Of a DNA stretch of 24,299 bases, positions 21,736-24,299 are shown piece after piece. The notes under the pieces are model-generated. The model was not told the origin of the DNA. It made no database searches and was given only the letters and a program-made list of their open reading frames with translations. The first letter of the stretch is position 1, and the number at the start of each line of letters is the position of its first letter. The stretch comes from a virus. Lineage: Duplodnaviria > Caudoviricetes. The stretch is from IMG/VR virus record IMGVR_UViG_3300044769_000229, positions 1-24,299 of that record. The stretch is one strand, 5' to 3'. The position numbers and the translations under genes were made by a program.

Positions 21736-23268
21736 ATGGCTTATCTGATAGGAAACGGCTTCGACACGAACCTCTTCGGGCAGGATTGGTCCGCGGGGTG
21801 GAGCTACGACGCGGTCGGCCGCTTCGGGTACGGCGGCTCTATCCTGATCAGGTCGTCGTTCCCCTCCGAGCAGGTCCGATCCATCTCGCTCGGCAACGAG
21901 CAGGTGTGGTTCGTCACGTTCGCCTGGGGCAACAGGCTCTTCGGCGGGTCCGGGGCCATGTTCATAAACCTCTACGACGGGGCGACCGTTCAGCTCCAGA
22001 TAAGGCTCTACAGCGACGGCAACGCGATAGAGTTCTGGAGGGCCGGGACGACCATGATAGGGAATTGGACCGGCGCGTCGGCGGCTGCGTCGTTCGATCA
22101 CTTCCAGCTGAAGGTGAAGATCGACAACTCGGCCGGGTACGTCATCGGCAGGAAGAACGGCTCGGCGACCGACAACTACTCGCTGACGAGCGTTGACACG
22201 CAGAACACGGCGAACGCTTACGCGAACCAGGTCGGCATAGGCTCGGTGAACTCTGGGAACTGGTGCTACGTCGACGACTTCCTGTGCTTCAGCGACAACG
22301 GGGCGGCCCCGAACGACTGGGTGGGCGACGTCCGCGCGTGGCAGTGCCAGCCGACGCTCGACACGGCGCAGAAGGACTTCTCTGCGATCACTCCGTTGAT
22401 CACGAACCTCGTGAACATTGGGTACACGGGCACCGGCTCCAACCAGACGGTGACGGCCGGCAGGGTGTCGGCGCACAAGACGTGGTCGAACAACCAGGGC
22501 GGCACGTTCACGCAGGCGGTGGTGAGGTTCAGCGGGTCGTCCGGCAGCATCAAGTCGAAGCTCGCGCTGTACTACGGCGACGGCAACGTGCGCGGGTGGG
22601 ACTCGTCGCAGTCGAACACCCCGGGCGCGAAGCCGGGCCACCTCATCGCGGTCTCGAACGAGCTCACCGGCTACAACGGCGACACGACGTTTACATTCCC
22701 GGGGACCGTCTCGCTGCTGAACGGCCACTCGTACTGCTTCGCCCTCCTGACGGACACCAACGTCACGGTGGCGGGATCGAACACGGCTGGCGGCGACCCG
22801 ATCTTCACCTACAACAACCCCGGCGGCTACGCGGACGGGTTCCCGACCGACATGGGGCCGATCTACACCGAGGCCCAGACGTTCACGATGGCGATGTACA
22901 TCCCGCTCCTGACGACGTCGAACGCGGGAATGGTCAGCGACCGCACGCCGGACGACCTGACGACGTACGTCTACAGCAACGTGGTCGGCGACTACGACCT
23001 CTACGACCTCTTCGACATCCCGTACAACCCGACGGCGATCATCGGGATGGTCATGCGGATACGGACCGCGAAGACGGACAGCGGAGCTCGCGGCGCGAAG
23101 ATCGCGGCGCTGTCCGGCGCGACCGCCTTCGAGACGGCGGAGTTCTCGCCGCTCACGGCGTTCACCGACTTCAACAGCATCTTCTACGGGACCGACCCGG
23201 ACACCGGCCTCGCGTGGACCCAGTCCGGCATCAATGCACTGCAGATGGGGCCGAAGGTCTCGTCGTAA
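21736..23268 (+). CDS. Putative receptor-binding / accessory tail protein (beta-rich, multi-domain), 510 aa
   Basis: Rich in G/S/T/N and aromatic residues. Lectin-like N-terminal part ends in YVDDF...GDVR; C-terminus is DPDTGLAWT..GINALQMG. Follows the tip gene. Confidence 0.65.
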   Translation: MAYLIGNGFDTNLFGQDWSAGWSYDAVGRFGYGGSILIRSSFPSEQVRSISLGNEQVWFVTFAWGNRLFGGSGAMFINLYDGATVQLQIRLYSDGNAIEFWRAGTTMIGNWTGASAAASFDHFQLKVKIDNSAGYVIGRKNGSATDNYSLTSVDTQNTANAYANQVGIGSVNSGNWCYVDDFLCFSDNGAAPNDWVGDVRAWQCQPTLDTAQKDFSAITPLITNLVNIGYTGTGSNQTVTAGRVSAHKTWSNNQGGTFTQAVVRFSGSSGSIKSKLALYYGDGNVRGWDSSQSNTPGAKPGHLIAVSNELTGYNGDTTFTFPGTVSLLNGHSYCFALLTDTNVTVAGSNTAGGDPIFTYNNPGGYADGFPTDMGPIYTEAQTFTMAMYIPLLTTSNAGMVSDRTPDDLTTYVYSNVVGDYDLYDLFDIPYNPTAIIGMVMRIRTAKTDSGARGAKIAALSGATAFETAEFSPLTAFTDFNSIFYGTDPDTGLAWTQSGINALQMGPKVSS

Positions 23269-23292
23269 CAACGAAGGAAAGGAAAGCCGATC

Positions 23293-23832
23293 ATGTCAAA
23301 GCAATCATGGGAAGAGCTGCTTCTCGCCCCGGTCATCGACGCGACCGCGATCAGCAACTCGACGACCGAGACCATCATGGTCCCGGACAGCAGCATCCCG
23401 GCGGGGTACTTCTACGCGGGCCGCACTCTCCGCGCGACGATGTTCGGGAAGATGTCGAACGTCGTCACGACGCCGGGCACGCTGACGCTCCGCGCCAGGT
23501 GGGGCGGCGTTTCCGGCACGGTCCTCGCAGCGTCGGCCGCGCTCGCGCTCAACACGACGGCCCAGACCAACTCCTCGATCTGGCTGCAGTGGCTCATCAC
23601 GTGCCGCGTCGAGCAGAACCCCGGCACGCTGCTCGCGTCCGGCGTCGCCGCGCTCGGCCTGTCCCGAGCGACGCAGGGGCTGTTCGACATGATCCCGGCG
23701 TCCGCGCCCGCGGCGGTCGGGTCGCTCGACCTGTCGGCGACGACGGCGCTCTCGTTCACGGCGCAGTTCTCCGTGAACACGAACCCGACGAACCTCCAGA
23801 TTATGGACTTCAAGCTCGAGAGCATGAACTGA
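23293..23832 (+). CDS. Putative structural protein (beta-sandwich-like), 179 aa
   Basis: Purine-rich SD (GAAGGAAAGGAAAG), A/T/S/L-rich with an alternating strand pattern, located in the fibre region. Confidence 0.7.
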   Translation: MSKQSWEELLLAPVIDATAISNSTTETIMVPDSSIPAGYFYAGRTLRATMFGKMSNVVTTPGTLTLRARWGGVSGTVLAASAALALNTTAQTNSSIWLQWLITCRVEQNPGTLLASGVAALGLSRATQGLFDMIPASAPAAVGSLDLSATTALSFTAQFSVNTNPTNLQIMDFKLESMN

Positions 23833-23833
23833 G

Positions 23834-24299
23834 ATGCCCTTCTTCCTCGACCGCGCCAGCCAGATCACCCTCTCGACCGGGACCGGCGGCCCCCTGAACC
23901 TCGACGGGTTCGGCGTTCCGCCGTACCAGGACTGGATCACGGCTGGCGCGGTGAACGGGAGGGACTACGACTACGTCATCCTCGACCCGCTCAGCCCGGA
24001 CGGAGGGCCGAATGCGTGGGAGATATGCTACGGCGTGTACAGCTCCGCGGGGCCGTCGATCACGCGCGTGACCGTCTCCTCCAACCTCGGCATCGGCGTC
24101 CCAATAACGCTCTCCGGCACGGCCGTGCTGAACATGGAGCCGAACTCCCGCACGCTCGACGCGCTGATGGGGCAGAACGCGCTCTACCCGCCGTTCACGA
24201 TCCCAGACGACAGCCTCTTCTCGTGGGTGAACCAGGCCTCCTCGACGATCACGGTGAACCCTAACGGCGGCCTCTTCCTCCGGAAGCCGACGTCGGGCA
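23834..24299 (+). CDS. Putative tail fibre protein, 5' part only (not in the ORF track; runs off the window)
   Basis: ATG at 23834 and frame open to the window end: MPFFLDRASQITLSTGTGGPLNLDG...YVI...AWEICYGVY....ITRVTVSSN... It resembles the common 'DR....T.TGTG...WE.G.G.Y...R....SSN' fibre N-terminal domain. Confidence 0.72.
   Translation, partial: MPFFLDRASQITLSTGTGGPLNLDGFGVPPYQDWITAGAVNGRDYDYVILDPLSPDGGPNAWEICYGVYSSAGPSITRVTVSSNLGIGVPITLSGTAVLNMEPNSRTLDALMGQNALYPPFTIPDDSLFSWVNQASSTITVNPNGGLFLRKPTSG

Larger units (their letters stand above)
333..24299 (+). mobile_element. Tailed phage/prophage virion morphogenesis module (siphovirus-like, GTA-type tail tip); continues beyond the window
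   Basis: Canonical order terminase-portal-protease-capsid-connectors-tube-chaperone-tape measure-tip on one strand with overlapping stop/start codons. No sheath gene. No att site or integrase, so prophage versus free phage cannot be decided. Confidence 0.97.

Noticed and set aside
333-24299. Gene transfer agent cluster
   Set aside because: Only the tail tip is GTA-like. The long tape measure, large capsid protein, portal-MuF fusion and extra fibre genes indicate a genuine phage.

Overview
The window is one continuous, all plus-strand, high-GC virion morphogenesis operon of a tailed dsDNA phage or prophage. It has siphovirus architecture: no sheath gene, a 949-aa tape measure protein, and a GTA-like/alphaproteobacterial-type tail tip (DUF2460-like Dit, DUF2163-like hub, NlpC/P60, Phage-tail_3-like tip protein). 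Gene order: repeat-rich non-coding leader, terS, terL, two small coupled ORFs, portal fused to a MuF-like domain, probable decoration protein, prohead protease with a probable nested scaffold start, major capsid protein, unknown, adaptor, neck protein, tail terminator, tail tube, chaperone with -1 frameshift, tape measure, Dit, hub, NlpC/P60, tip protein, then three putative receptor-binding/fibre genes, the last cut by the window end. No integrase, lysis, RNA gene or CRISPR array was seen. Most notable: (1) a LIM-like C-x4-C-x17-H-x2-C zinc finger on the TerL C-terminus; (2) a four-repeat 'TQxxxE' N-terminal arm on Dit with a second internal start; (3) two beta-domain modules shared between adaptor, tail terminator and tail tube, one nested inside the other; (4) a portal-MuF fusion whose linker carries the same Lys motif that recurs in the protease/scaffold and capsid leader. 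All family assignments come from motif recognition and gene order, not database searches. Several starts were corrected relative to the ORF track.
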